Below, in pieces: positions 40,101 through 49,899 of a DNA stretch of 64,000 nucleotides. How positions within the stretch are numbered: position 1 is the first letter of the stretch; each line of letters starts with the position of its first letter. This DNA is from a candidate division CPR3 bacterium GWF2_35_18. Its GTDB lineage: Bacteria > Patescibacteriota > CPR3 > GWF2-35-18. A model generated the notes under the pieces. That model ran no database searches, was not told the origin of the DNA, and saw only the letters and a program-made list of their open reading frames with translations. The stretch lies in contig MESW01000009.1 in NCBI GenBank assembly GCA_001771135.1, positions 23,436-87,435 on the forward strand, given 5' to 3'. The position numbers were made by a program, and so were the translations under genes.

Positions 40101-43100
40101 GTACCGAGTTTATAACAATATCCCCAGACCCCTGAATCTAAATCTGATCCTGACGGCCAATAAAAGTCAAAAGAATTTACAGAAGAGTAACCTACCGGAT
40201 TAACAGAAACTACAACCGGATTTATCGGTTCTGATTGATCAAAATGATAAGTCCATAAAGTTTCCGCCAGGCTTACTGAACCAGCATTATCTTTAGTTTT
40301 TATTCGTAAATAATAAATTCCGTCTTGATCTAAAGCAGTCTCTGGAGGAAGCTGAAATGAAACTTCTCCCGAAACTGGATCTTCGACAAAAGTACCAGCA
40401 ATTTCTGGATCAGCAGTTTCGTTCTCTCCAAAATATACATAATAACCATCAACACCTGATGGACCTTCCCCACTATCACTAGCTCCACCTACTTCTCCAG
40501 ATCTTGGCCAGGTAAAATAAGGACGACTACTATTAGCCCAATAATCATTTACAAAAACACGTTCTTTTGTATCATCATAAAAAGCAGAAATATCCGTAGG
40601 ATTTGTAGGAGCCAAATTATCGGGAGTGTAATTAAACCTTACTCCAGTTAAAGAAGGAGATTGGTAATTACCTGAAGAACTAGTATAAACTGCTTTAAGA
40701 AAAATAAAACGATGAGGATCAGATTGAATTTCATTACCAGAAAGAGATAAATAATCTCCCTCACTACAGGTATCGGTAATAAAATTTTTGGTACAAGTGG
40801 AAACAGCTAGACTTCCATCATTCAAAGTCTGAGTTAATGCAATATCATCACCAGTACTCCAATCGGAAACCGCAGTTAGATCAATTTGACCACTGTAATA
40901 TGTTCCCGTATCTTCATATCTACCAATAACATCCGCCTGACTATGTGTCAATAATCCCTGATAATATAAATCTGTAATCTCTGAAGCAGTTAAAGCTGAA
41001 TCAAAAACACGAAGATCGGATAATACAAAATCTCCATTGTTACTTCCATAACCTATGGTTATGCTTTGAGTGTAATCATTTCCAGACACATAGTTTCCAC
41101 TCGTTCCAACTACGTTATTTACATAAACTTTTAACATATTTCCTGTTGCTGACCAAGTTCCCACTACATGAGCCCACCTATCCTGAGTAAAACCACTACT
41201 ATTTAGTAGTGATGATGAATATGTATTATTGCTATCCAACCTTCCATAACAACCATGGACTGTTTCGTAATATAACCCCAAATTCATGTTTGTCCATGTA
41301 GGATCTGTGCCATTAACTCTCAAAATTGTAAATTTTCCTCCGTTACCATGAACCGAACAAGAAACATTCAACTTGATCCAAGCGCTAATAGATCCTTCAT
41401 TTTTATTTATATTAGTATTTGGATAAGACAGAGCAGCCGATGTTCTGGTACTTGTACTATCATGAGTCGTACCCGTCCAAGCATAACCAGTGCCGAAAGA
41501 ACCATCAGCATATGATGTCGTAAATCCTAACTGTTCTAGCTGTACTCCATCCACATAAATAGTTTTTCCTGCCATAACTTGAACTCCATAATAAAGAGAA
41601 GCATCAATGGTAGTTGTTGAGTAGGTTAACCTCCACCAACCTCCTCCCATATCTGTGTAAGTACTAGGAGTAACAATAGTGCTTCCAAAATAAAGATTCG
41701 CCACAGTTGCATCTACTGTCCCTCCGATACTCCCACTAGTTCCGTTATACACATAAGCACTGAGAGTATGAGTAGCAGTAGAATTTGGATCAATTGAGAT
41801 TGCATATTCATCTTGAAAATCTTGACCAATGAGTTTAACTGACTTACTCCCAAATTTGTAGTACGGTATAGTTGTATTTTCGCTAATAGATGAGGTGACA
41901 AAAGAAGAAAAAGTAGCATCAGCCTGTTGACCACCTGTCGAACTTGATCCCCAATATGCGGTATTGGGAACATTTGTAAAATTTGTCGGATCATCTAGCA
42001 CAACACGTTCAACACCATCAACCCATAACGACATGCGAGTTGAAGAATATCTCAATTCCATATGATAAGTTGTTCCCGCTATAATCGATCCGTATGCATT
42101 CCAGGCAACTCCATAATCGGTCCCATCGCTATCAACACTAAATATCTGCAATGAAGAATTATCACTCCAATAAATTCCAAACGAATTACTCGCATCAGCT
42201 TGAAATCGGACAACATAGCACACACCACCAAAGCTATACATTGTTCCCGCACTATGTCTTGGCGTGTATTTAAATTTCACAACCCCATTTGTAGCAGAAA
42301 GTCCTGTAATTGGTTGAGTAAGTGTATCCGCTCCATCCACTCGAAGACCAGTAGTTTCAGTGGAATTTGTTTGATTTGCCGGCGTTACTGTTAACGAGAC
42401 ATCGGTTAATGACACCACGTATGTATCATCCACATAAGCTACAATCGAACCGTTATACCACTTCATGAAGCCAAAATACGTACCCAAATAACTTGATGAG
42501 TTTTTTACTACCCGATGGTACACACTCCAATCTCCAGTTATATAGTGCGAAGGACCTGTTTGATTTACCTCTGATAAATGCTGTAGGGGTTGAGTGTATT
42601 GGTTATACATAAATCCAAAAGTATCCCCTGATTCTCTTTTCCCCCAACCTCCTTGAGCATAAAATTTTCCTCCAGAATATGAATGGTTAAAATACACCCC
42701 ATCACTTGTCTCATCACCTGTGAATTTTGCTGCACTCAAACCAGAATGCACTATCGTAGTTTCTTGCGTTACTTCACCCACTTCAGCTCCAGAATTAGAC
42801 CATCCGGTCGGCAGCCAGGGATCACCTGATCCAGATTCAAGAGAAGGATTACTAACTAGATTTGTATACACCTCTACTTGATGCCAGTAACAAGTGTCTC
42901 CTGTGGATGAATCGTTATACAATTCAATTATTTCCGAAGTATTTCCCGATGGTGCTTCCCATGTAAATAAAAGCACGTCCGGATCTGTTCGAGTTGAGGT
43001 ATTTGTTCCTGCCAAACTGGTTATCAACACTCCATTGTTATTATTCCAAACCTTAATAGTTGGCATACAGGATCCATCTGAGTGAGCAATAGCCCGAATT

Positions 43101-46100
43101 ACATAATCATTTCCTTGTGCAGTAGACAAAGTGTAGCGTAAAGCAGCACTCGTATTCCCTGTCACTTTATAACCTCCAGCGTAAATTTTTTCGGATGTCA
43201 GTAGAGCAGATATATCCGTATAAGCACCATAATTACTCCATCCATCATTAGCATACGTACCATTCATCATAAATCCACCTGTATTGGTTGTAGACGTATA
43301 CAAAAGATTGGACGAATGCGGATGGCTCCAAGCGTTACCAGTACCGGTAGATAGTATGCCAGTCGAAGCATTTGTTGGAAGTGCAAAAACGACATCCCAC
43401 GATCCCGTCACCAAGGTCGGATCTTTACCTGTACCGCTGTTGTAAATCTGAGCTATCTCATCTCCATTTCCGACATCAATACCATAGGTACCATCAAACA
43501 ATGGACGACGATAAATAGTAAAACCTTCGATAATTGAACTACTTGAGTTAGAAGTACCATTAGTTCCAATTCCAATAATATTGATCGCTGGAGCTGTTAT
43601 CGTACTCGTTGATCCAAAATTATGTAAATCATTAACACTCACCGATACATAATTCGTGGCCGAAATCAAATTTTTAGTATCCCATCTAGCTATCACATTA
43701 TAGGTTGTTCCCGCAACCCAATTGGAAATATCTATATTCGAAACACTGCTACCTCCTATCGAAAAACTCAACATCCCTGCTGACGATTTCCACATTCCGA
43801 TTGTTCCTAATTGAAAATCTTGAATTAAAGCTCTTGTAACTCCATCATTTCCATTCCATTCTGGTGTAATCCAAAAAACAATACTTCCCTGATTAGTATC
43901 TATATTTGGATAAAATCTTCCTGAAATAGTTGTTCCTGGAACTATTGACAATGAATCACCACCTGAAGCGTCAATTCTATTTCCTTGCACCATTGGACCA
44001 GCAGCAAACGGACCGGTAGAATTACGCTTCGCCATATTAGGAGTAAATGTGGCTGAAGCTGTCAGATAATTAAAATATGGAGAAAACCAGTTATTATTAT
44101 AAGTAACATGTTCAAAAGAGGGATTTGTAATCAAATTCGTCGTTCCTTCTTCTAATAAAACTCCTTGATGAGAAGCATAGCTTTGTGTTGAAAGGTAACC
44201 GGTATCGTTTATAGAAGAGTTAACCCCAATTAAACCAGAGATATATTTTGCTCCACTAATCGTTCCATGATTCCCATTTCCAGAAGCATCCAGTACTTTA
44301 CCAATATTTCTAGGGTCATCACCATTTTCGTCAAAGTGGTAAAGAAGTTTCGTATTAACATCAGAAATAAGTGATCCTGTTTGTGGAATGAAGTTTGAAG
44401 TATATCGAACAGAATCAGATATTCTAAGCTCATCTACCAACATTCTAGGTCTTGCACTCCATCCAGCCATTGCAATATCGGCATTTATGCTCCACACACC
44501 TGATGCTGGTTCTGTAGCTACAAGAGTACCATTACGATATGTTCTAACTTGACTTCCATCATATACAACCGCATAATGAGCCCACTCATTAGCTAGTAAT
44601 CCAATATTGACAAATTCCGTAATACCCCCTATATCTTGTCGTAAAACCAGAGATCCCCACCAACCACAAATACCAGTTGCCCAACCAGCTCCTATAACAG
44701 ATGCGCTACCTCCTTGTGATCCATTGACACCCAAATTATTAATATTTGCCCATAGTTCGACGGTAGCAGCACTGCTTGTTGAATAACTGAATGAGTTATC
44801 AATATAATCATTCATCCCATCAAAGCTCAAAGCACTTTTACCTCCTGAATAACGAATGGCACCGGTTGCTGAAGTTGGTGTTTCTTCATTCACACAGGTC
44901 GTCGAGCCACTAAACGGACACACCAAAGTAGCATTCTTATCTCCCACCGAATACGCTCTGGTTCCTCCCGTCACCCAAGACGGATCATCAGTACCACTAT
45001 TTGAGTTGACTCCCAGCGTTCCATTAAATCCGTTTCCCGAACTATCAGTTACTGTCTGTCCCGTCCCATCATCTAATTTCCAATTCGCCATTAGATTATT
45101 CCAATACGCATCCGCTGTGGTGACATTTCGATTCATTCTCTCGGTAATCTCACTTGCGGTTAGTGCTCGATTCCATAATCTCACCTCATCAATCTTTCCG
45201 GTCACAAATTGTGATACTCCTCCTCTTGATCCAATCACTTTCATAGTATTTGTTGACACATACTCCACTGCCAATTTACTCGTCAATGTCTGAGACACCC
45301 CATCGATATAAATTGCGTGTTCGTCAGCCGTTCCGTTTTTAGTATAAGCAATGTGATACCACCTTCCCGTAGTGATCAAACCATTACCTGTCACCGCCTG
45401 ATATATCCCTGGAGTAATTACTTCAACTTGACCTGTAACATTGATCTCCAATTGCGGAATCAACCCCGTACTATTCCCCGACAAATCAATAATCGTTTGC
45501 CGCGTCAGACTGCTCACATATACCCAAGCCTCGATAGTTAAATGATTGTAATCAAACCCAAAAGCATTGTTGATATAAGCTAAATCTCCCCCATCAAAAC
45601 TTAAATACTTTTCCCTAGGAAACGACGGGGCTGTTGCTGAACTATTCCCATAGTAGATTTCATAGTTAGCATCTGAGCCGGAAGTCACAATTTGCTCTTG
45701 AAGGGGAAAAGTAATAGTGGAAGCAGTGGTATTACAGTTAGTTACTGACCTGGGAATTTCCACTCTGGTATTAGCTAAGGCTGTAGCAACAAAGACTACT
45801 CTCAAATCATCACAATCATTTTGAATTCTACCCGCATCATAAAGCTCTTTTGTATTTAAAATGAGTTGAACGGTTGAACCAACTAGTAAAGTATTTCCGG
45901 AAATATTCTGCAAAGTTGCTTGCCTTCTGGCTACATAATCTTCATTCCACCAACCTTCAATAGCAGAAAGCCTCACTTCAGTATCTCCCACTACTACGTT
46001 TACAGTGTTAGCATTATCATAACCATCGCTAAAACTTCTTTGAGTAGGCATAATGAATGACGTCTCTTCTAAACCTAAAATCGAAGGATTCAGTTTGTGA

Positions 46101-46297
46101 CTAAAAAATCTATATGCGGTCGTCGTTGAAATAACAAATAGCAATATCGTAAATAACCAGGTTAAGAAGGCAGTTTTTTTACGAATTTTGATAGAATTTA
46201 ATTGTGGGAATTTACCACCTAAAAAAGATGTGCTTTTCCAAGAAAATGGACAAGAAAAATCTATATTATGATATATTTCTGTTATTTTAAATTTCAT
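37175..46297 (-). CDS. Giant 3040-aa surface protein (DUF2341-like, LamG, CBM-like and tandem FN3 domains)
   Basis: TM near residue 45-62; WW...DCDDLRV...IYYGN; LamG motifs (TIEAWV, WYHIA, IDEVRLWNRAL); NPSFE/NPSLE CBM-like starts; many FN3 motifs (W..P, YYYRI). Confidence 0.85.
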   Translation of the reverse strand: MKFKITEIYHNIDFSCPFSWKSTSFLGGKFPQLNSIKIRKKTAFLTWLFTILLFVISTTTAYRFFSHKLNPSILGLEETSFIMPTQRSFSDGYDNANTVNVVVGDTEVRLSAIEGWWNEDYVARRQATLQNISGNTLLVGSTVQLILNTKELYDAGRIQNDCDDLRVVFVATALANTRVEIPRSVTNCNTTASTITFPLQEQIVTSGSDANYEIYYGNSSATAPSFPREKYLSFDGGDLAYINNAFGFDYNHLTIEAWVYVSSLTRQTIIDLSGNSTGLIPQLEINVTGQVEVITPGIYQAVTGNGLITTGRWYHIAYTKNGTADEHAIYIDGVSQTLTSKLAVEYVSTNTMKVIGSRGGVSQFVTGKIDEVRLWNRALTASEITERMNRNVTTADAYWNNLMANWKLDDGTGQTVTDSSGNGFNGTLGVNSNSGTDDPSWVTGGTRAYSVGDKNATLVCPFSGSTTCVNEETPTSATGAIRYSGGKSALSFDGMNDYIDNSFSYSTSSAATVELWANINNLGVNGSQGGSASVIGAGWATGICGWWGSLVLRQDIGGITEFVNIGLLANEWAHYAVVYDGSQVRTYRNGTLVATEPASGVWSINADIAMAGWSARPRMLVDELRISDSVRYTSNFIPQTGSLISDVNTKLLYHFDENGDDPRNIGKVLDASGNGNHGTISGAKYISGLIGVNSSINDTGYLSTQSYASHQGVLLEEGTTNLITNPSFEHVTYNNNWFSPYFNYLTASATFTPNMAKRNSTGPFAAGPMVQGNRIDASGGDSLSIVPGTTISGRFYPNIDTNQGSIVFWITPEWNGNDGVTRALIQDFQLGTIGMWKSSAGMLSFSIGGSSVSNIDISNWVAGTTYNVIARWDTKNLISATNYVSVSVNDLHNFGSTSTITAPAINIIGIGTNGTSNSSSSIIEGFTIYRRPLFDGTYGIDVGNGDEIAQIYNSGTGKDPTLVTGSWDVVFALPTNASTGILSTGTGNAWSHPHSSNLLYTSTTNTGGFMMNGTYANDGWSNYGAYTDISALLTSEKIYAGGYKVTGNTSAALRYTLSTAQGNDYVIRAIAHSDGSCMPTIKVWNNNNGVLITSLAGTNTSTRTDPDVLLFTWEAPSGNTSEIIELYNDSSTGDTCYWHQVEVYTNLVSNPSLESGSGDPWLPTGWSNSGAEVGEVTQETTIVHSGLSAAKFTGDETSDGVYFNHSYSGGKFYAQGGWGKRESGDTFGFMYNQYTQPLQHLSEVNQTGPSHYITGDWSVYHRVVKNSSSYLGTYFGFMKWYNGSIVAYVDDTYVVSLTDVSLTVTPANQTNSTETTGLRVDGADTLTQPITGLSATNGVVKFKYTPRHSAGTMYSFGGVCYVVRFQADASNSFGIYWSDNSSLQIFSVDSDGTDYGVAWNAYGSIIAGTTYHMELRYSSTRMSLWVDGVERVVLDDPTNFTNVPNTAYWGSSSTGGQQADATFSSFVTSSISENTTIPYYKFGSKSVKLIGQDFQDEYAISIDPNSTATHTLSAYVYNGTSGSIGGTVDATVANLYFGSTIVTPSTYTDMGGGWWRLTYSTTTIDASLYYGVQVMAGKTIYVDGVQLEQLGFTTSYADGSFGTGYAWTGTTHDSTSTRTSAALSYPNTNINKNEGSISAWIKLNVSCSVHGNGGKFTILRVNGTDPTWTNMNLGLYYETVHGCYGRLDSNNTYSSSLLNSSGFTQDRWAHVVGTWSATGNMLKVYVNNVVGTSGNYVSGNDYTQSITIGYGSNNGDFVLSDLRVFDSALTASEITDLYYQGLLTHSQADVIGRYEDTGTYYSGQIDLTAVSDWSTGDDIALTQTLNDGSLAVSTCTKNFITDTCSEGDYLSLSGNEIQSDPHRFIFLKAVYTSSSGNYQSPSLTGVRFNYTPDNLAPTNPTDISAFYDDTKERVFVNDYWANSSRPYFTWPRSGEVGGASDSGEGPSGVDGYYVYFGENETADPEIAGTFVEDPVSGEVSFQLPPETALDQDGIYYLRIKTKDNAGSVSLAETLWTYHFDQSEPINPVVVSVNPVGYSSVNSFDFYWPSGSDLDSGVWGYCYKLGTADSESQYYNDQCLEVTSIANIPSYQNGENVFYIRAKDNAGNLNSSYAQVNYYYNASAPSAPLDIVITPADTIEDTNCSSLDNCFTVSFNEPATYLGTIAKYYYSVNEEPDAYNSTETTISETATRTIGPLPLATKQGINTFYIVAEDNIGNVNFDAYGSQTFEAQTSAPGIPTNVQITDSSNRETQKYQLTLTWEAPINIGSGIEHYNIYRSTDGINFSNIATTQSTGYLDTTLSNTVTYYYRITSEDNAQAESAYSSVVSDIPTGRYTTPPEILISPSVETHILSATISWTMERECQGYVQYRENQNDAYWEQGKGEEAVAHEVTVVGLKRDTLYYYRIRCEDEDNNVAYSEEDSFTTSDAPSAPTNLTVTPSSNNQNSFSFSWNAPSDIGVVISSYYYSINQEPNENNISEIEDTELPEGPYATQQGTNTFYVLAIDSAGNFNYDNYASVDFTANTIAPGIPTNVTIIDSSNRDLDDYALTVRFIAPALGEIDHYNIYRKNKREDYQQIAEVISLGYLDSGLDNEITYSYKITAEDNAGKESAYSTIVSRRPTGKYSTPPTIVIAPHVNTGSTTATITWETDRLSNSFVQIGTNEIYTRTQGQWDPVIKHEIVVRGLMPSTTYHYRIQSLDDPDLIDYETENSFSEDNTFTTGELPRIRDLEVTDIKYSSCIVSWITEVPSTSLIYLKSEGGQERIIEDMSVGGITVHTVRLDELIPASNYELRVSGIDEEGNTLIGEEHLFTTAVYPKVFNVELEQQKDKATGTVKVTWQTNVPTTGIIRYNKRNDSRIEEVSTAKLETNHELIISSLFDNTTYEIIVYGRDSLGSQTESNLFTFTTAIDSRPPMISNITIDTRIIGQGSKATAQLIIGWETDELASSQIEYDLGIGEGIGSKTVYSQKTKEDSNLVTTHLIIIPDLNPSQGYHFRILSEDGAGNLTISDNNIVVTDEPAENILELVLESLRRSFGWLFGE

Positions 46298-46596
46298 TTA
46301 TGTCTGTTCAATTTTTAAAATTTAATCTTTCCAACCCAGCTAAAGATGTCTTGAAGATTATTAAGAATAAGATCAAAAACGTTATCCGAAGCTTTCCCGG
46401 TAATAACAACGTTACCCGATGATTCGAATTGATTTCCTGCATTATGTTTAGAAACTTTGAAAGGGTGACAATATATTTGCTATGATTAGCAGCCATAATT
46501 ATAAAGCCTTTAGACCATGAAAATAATACATAACAATACCTAAAAAAGGAGTACTTTTAATATATCATATGTGATAATTAATTGGAATATTTTTTA

Positions 46597-47031
46597 TTAG
46601 AAAAAAGTTGTCTTCCTGTATTTCAAATATCTATCTCCGAATTTTTTCTCTAGATTGTATTCCTCAATAATGCGAGTATAAAAAAGTAACGGTAAAAGTA
46701 CGATAAGAGTCAAGAATAAACCAAAATTAGATTCTAAAAAAAGATTAAAACCAAAACAGATAAAGATTAAACCGATATAGATAGGATGTCTTGTCTTTGA
46801 ATAGATTCCCGTCGTTATCAGATCTTTTGGTTCAAAGAATGGATTAAAATGTCCTTTAAGAGATATTTCTCCTACAATATATAAAAGAAAACCTACAAAC
46901 ATCAAAAAAAATCCGAGAGAGGTGATAAACAAATTTCCCTCAAACTGATATCTTGTCAAAATCGTAACGACAATCGTTAGCAAACTGACTGCGATTCGAA
47001 GTAAAACTAGCGTTTTTTCGGACATCAACAT
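46597..47031 (-). CDS. Isoprenylcysteine carboxyl methyltransferase / PEMT family membrane protein
   Basis: LITTGIYSKTRHPIY, IEE..L..KFG..Y..Y. Confidence 0.88.
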   Translation of the reverse strand: MLMSEKTLVLLRIAVSLLTIVVTILTRYQFEGNLFITSLGFFLMFVGFLLYIVGEISLKGHFNPFFEPKDLITTGIYSKTRHPIYIGLIFICFGFNLFLESNFGLFLTLIVLLPLLFYTRIIEEYNLEKKFGDRYLKYRKTTFF

Positions 47032-47243
47032 CCTCCTTGGAAAAAATCATTTAACTTAAATTATCATAACATAAATACTCTTTTTTTTCTTTTGACAACT
47101 CACTTTTTATCTATACCCAAATGAATTTCTCTTTTGAAATATAAAATATGTGATTTGGGTTATACTTATCTACAACTATTTACGATATAAGAATATAACT
47201 ATATTACGATAATAGTCATTGTTAAAAAAGAAAGGAGTCTTTC

Positions 47244-47633
47244 ATGAAAAAATTATACCTTTTTGTCATTCTCATCATCATCGTCATCGTTGGCACGTAC
47301 ATTCTAATGAATCAAGGTAAAGACAAAAATACTTCATCGGAAAATAATACCACTCAAAATGAAAGCACCCAGAGTGCTACAGATAATAAAAAATTCACCT
47401 TAGAAGAAATCGCTACCCACAATTCCGAAGATGATTGTTATCTAATAATTGAAGATAAAGTGTACAATGTAACATCATTTATTTCTTCACATCCGGGAGG
47501 ACAAGCAATTCTTCAAGGCTGTGGAACTGATGCGACCACTCTTTTTGAGACAAAACCAATGGGCAGTAATACTCCCCATTCACAAAGTGCTCGAAATTTA
47601 TTACAATCATATTATATTGGTGATTTAATTTAA
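47244..47633 (+). CDS. Membrane-anchored cytochrome b5-like heme-binding protein
   Basis: EEIATHNS..DCYLII..KVYNVT.FI..HPGG...CGTDAT..F...HS; both axial His present. Confidence 0.92.
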   Translation: MKKLYLFVILIIIVIVGTYILMNQGKDKNTSSENNTTQNESTQSATDNKKFTLEEIATHNSEDDCYLIIEDKVYNVTSFISSHPGGQAILQGCGTDATTLFETKPMGSNTPHSQSARNLLQSYYIGDLI

Positions 47634-47641
47634 GTAACTTC

Positions 47642-47866
47642 ATGGTCATATTTACCCAAATTGCTTATTATCCAATCTTGGGAAAACCTTTAATTTTTTA
47701 TTTGGGGATTCTCGCAATTAGTTCGCTTTTATTTACAGCTTCAATTGTGCCTTTGAACAAAAAAGGATTTTGGAAAATTCCCTTCAAATATCACCCACTA
47801 ATGGCAAAGGTTACTATTACTTTCGCCTTAATTCATGGAATTCTTGCCATACTCACAAATCTTTAA
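47642..47866 (+). CDS. 74-aa two-TM protein with H-x13-H (ferric-reductase-like heme helix)
   Basis: His51 and His65 in the second TM; starts 8 nt after the cytochrome b5 stop. Confidence 0.7.
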   Translation: MVIFTQIAYYPILGKPLIFYLGILAISSLLFTASIVPLNKKGFWKIPFKYHPLMAKVTITFALIHGILAILTNL

Positions 47867-47874
47867 ACTTATTC

Positions 47875-48651
47875 ATGTCCGAAATAATTAATCTTTACAA
47901 GCAAATTGGCGAAACACCATATCAAGCGATTCTAAAATTCAAACAAAAATACCCAGAATATCAAAAAGAAAAAATTAGCTGTGCTGGCAGGCTAGACCCA
48001 CTGGCCCAAGGAGTTCTATTGTTATTAATTGGAGATGAAAACAAAAATCGGCTTTACTATGAAAAGCTAAGAAAAAATTATGAGTTTGAAATATTATTTG
48101 GAGTCTGTACTGACACTTATGATCTTTTGGGTGAAATCAAAAAATCTTCAAGTATTTTCAATACTAACTTATCTGAATTACAAAAACAAATCGCAGAGAT
48201 TATGCCATCTTTTATTGGAAAACAGTCTCAGTTATATCCTCCCTATTCAGCAGTGAGAGTAAAAGGTCATCCCCTATTCTATTGGTCCAGACATAAAAAA
48301 CTAAACTCCATAAATATTCCGCAGCACCAGATTGAAATTTACAATCTCAAAATCTTAGACAATTACCTAATTACGATCAAAAATCTAGAAGAAGTAGTCA
48401 CAAAAAATATAAATAAAGTAGAGGGGAATTTTCGTCAAAAAGAGATTTTGGAAACATGGCAGGTTTTTTATAAAGAGTATCGAGGAAAAGAAATACCCAT
48501 CCTAAAGATGGAGATTTCCTGCACAAGCGGTACTTATGTACGGCAGTTTATTCATGATATTGGGAAAAAATTAAAGATACCAACCGTTACTTTCAGCATC
48601 AAAAGAACTGCTATCGGTTCATATGAAATTAAAGAATCTGTCAAAATCTAG
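47875..48651 (+). CDS. truB: tRNA pseudouridine synthase TruB-like protein
   Basis: YKQIGETP, AGRLDPLAQGVL, TDTYD, PPYSAV..KG.PL, CTSGTYVR; ATG 47875. Confidence 0.85.
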   Translation: MSEIINLYKQIGETPYQAILKFKQKYPEYQKEKISCAGRLDPLAQGVLLLLIGDENKNRLYYEKLRKNYEFEILFGVCTDTYDLLGEIKKSSSIFNTNLSELQKQIAEIMPSFIGKQSQLYPPYSAVRVKGHPLFYWSRHKKLNSINIPQHQIEIYNLKILDNYLITIKNLEEVVTKNINKVEGNFRQKEILETWQVFYKEYRGKEIPILKMEISCTSGTYVRQFIHDIGKKLKIPTVTFSIKRTAIGSYEIKESVKI

Positions 48652-48654
48652 CTT

Positions 48655-49788
48655 CTAATGATGAATACTTTCAGGTAAAGTATTTTCAAGAAGGTCAGGG
48701 TTCTTTTTTATTTGCGGCTCTTCTTGAGGCGGAAGGACTTGCTTGGGGTGATAAATAAAACCTAGGATAAAGAGTATAACCGCTATCACAAAGACCAAAA
48801 CTGAGAAAATTAACAATTGTCCTAAAGTATCGAAATAAACAGTTTTAAGAAGAGCAATAAAATAGCTCTGAAATATAAAAAGATATTCTCCCGGTAACTG
48901 CATTTGAATCACTTCTATTAAATCATAGAATTTTTGTCTCAAGGTCAAACTGCCAACTAAAACTAAAGAACTTGGGAAAAATAAAGTAATTCCTGACATA
49001 ATAAGACCATTTTTAAAACCTGGAGTTATTAGAAGTAATAATAATATCATTATAATAAGTATTCCCAAGCTAATAAGAGGTAGTAATCTTAAATAGTAAA
49101 AGCCGGTTTGAATCTGTCTTGCTAACTGCGGATCTATGCTAATCATATCGGAAGAGATTTTCATTGATTCAATTAGGGTATCCAGTTCTGGTTTATCTTT
49201 GTTGACAGAGATAAATTCAACAATGACGTTTTCATCAAAACCAGCGGGTTTACACTCCATGACAAAAGGATTTAAATCTTCAGGTCTCACAAAGTTAGGA
49301 TCACAATCAGGAAGTACTCGGATTTTTTCTTTAAACATTACGGATATAATACTAATCATAGTCTCTTTATCTTCAGCAATTTTGATCTCAAAGATTGGCT
49401 TTTCTGTTTTTCCCTCCAAAAAATCATAGCTACCATCAATTACTTTATTAACACTCGTTTCTAGGAATTCTGGAGTAACAAGACTATTAATAAGTTGCCC
49501 CAATTCACTATCTTCATCACTAATTTTTTTAGTTAGATCCGTAAAAAAAGCGTTGCTACCCGGATCACTTTCTGGGTCTTCATTCTTTTGCAAAGACATA
49601 ATATCAATTGTAATTTTCAGCGCATTATTATAAAGATTCGATTCCTGTAACCAAGTTTTTACATGATCTCTGTTCGTAGCAATTTGGGAAATGGAATTTA
49701 AAGGAATAACTATTAAAATAATAAAAACAAAAATAAAACTAAGTAGTAAAGAGATGAACCACCGAATGATTTTGATAAAAGTTTCCAT
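48655..49788 (-). CDS. Membrane protein with large extracellular domain
   Basis: N-terminal TM plus three C-terminal TMs. Confidence 0.72.
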   Translation of the reverse strand: METFIKIIRWFISLLLSFIFVFIILIVIPLNSISQIATNRDHVKTWLQESNLYNNALKITIDIMSLQKNEDPESDPGSNAFFTDLTKKISDEDSELGQLINSLVTPEFLETSVNKVIDGSYDFLEGKTEKPIFEIKIAEDKETMISIISVMFKEKIRVLPDCDPNFVRPEDLNPFVMECKPAGFDENVIVEFISVNKDKPELDTLIESMKISSDMISIDPQLARQIQTGFYYLRLLPLISLGILIIMILLLLLITPGFKNGLIMSGITLFFPSSLVLVGSLTLRQKFYDLIEVIQMQLPGEYLFIFQSYFIALLKTVYFDTLGQLLIFSVLVFVIAVILFILGFIYHPKQVLPPQEEPQIKKNPDLLENTLPESIHH

Positions 49789-49840
49789 AAAAAAATTCTA
49801 CACCCAAAATACTTCTTTCCGCAATTTTTAATTAAATACC

Positions 49841-49877
49841 AAAAAAGGGGTAAAGATTTTTTTAAAATCTTTACCCC
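49841..49877 (-). terminator. Rho-independent terminator
   Basis: ggggtaaagatttt/aaaatctttacccc stem followed by a T run on the minus strand. Confidence 0.8.
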
Positions 49878-49899
49878 CTCTAGATGCTAATTCAGAATC

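Noticed and set aside
46308-46496. 62-aa ORF as a read-through extension of the giant gene
   Set aside because: Its TGA is out of frame with ATG 46297 (13-nt offset); coding status is unsupported.
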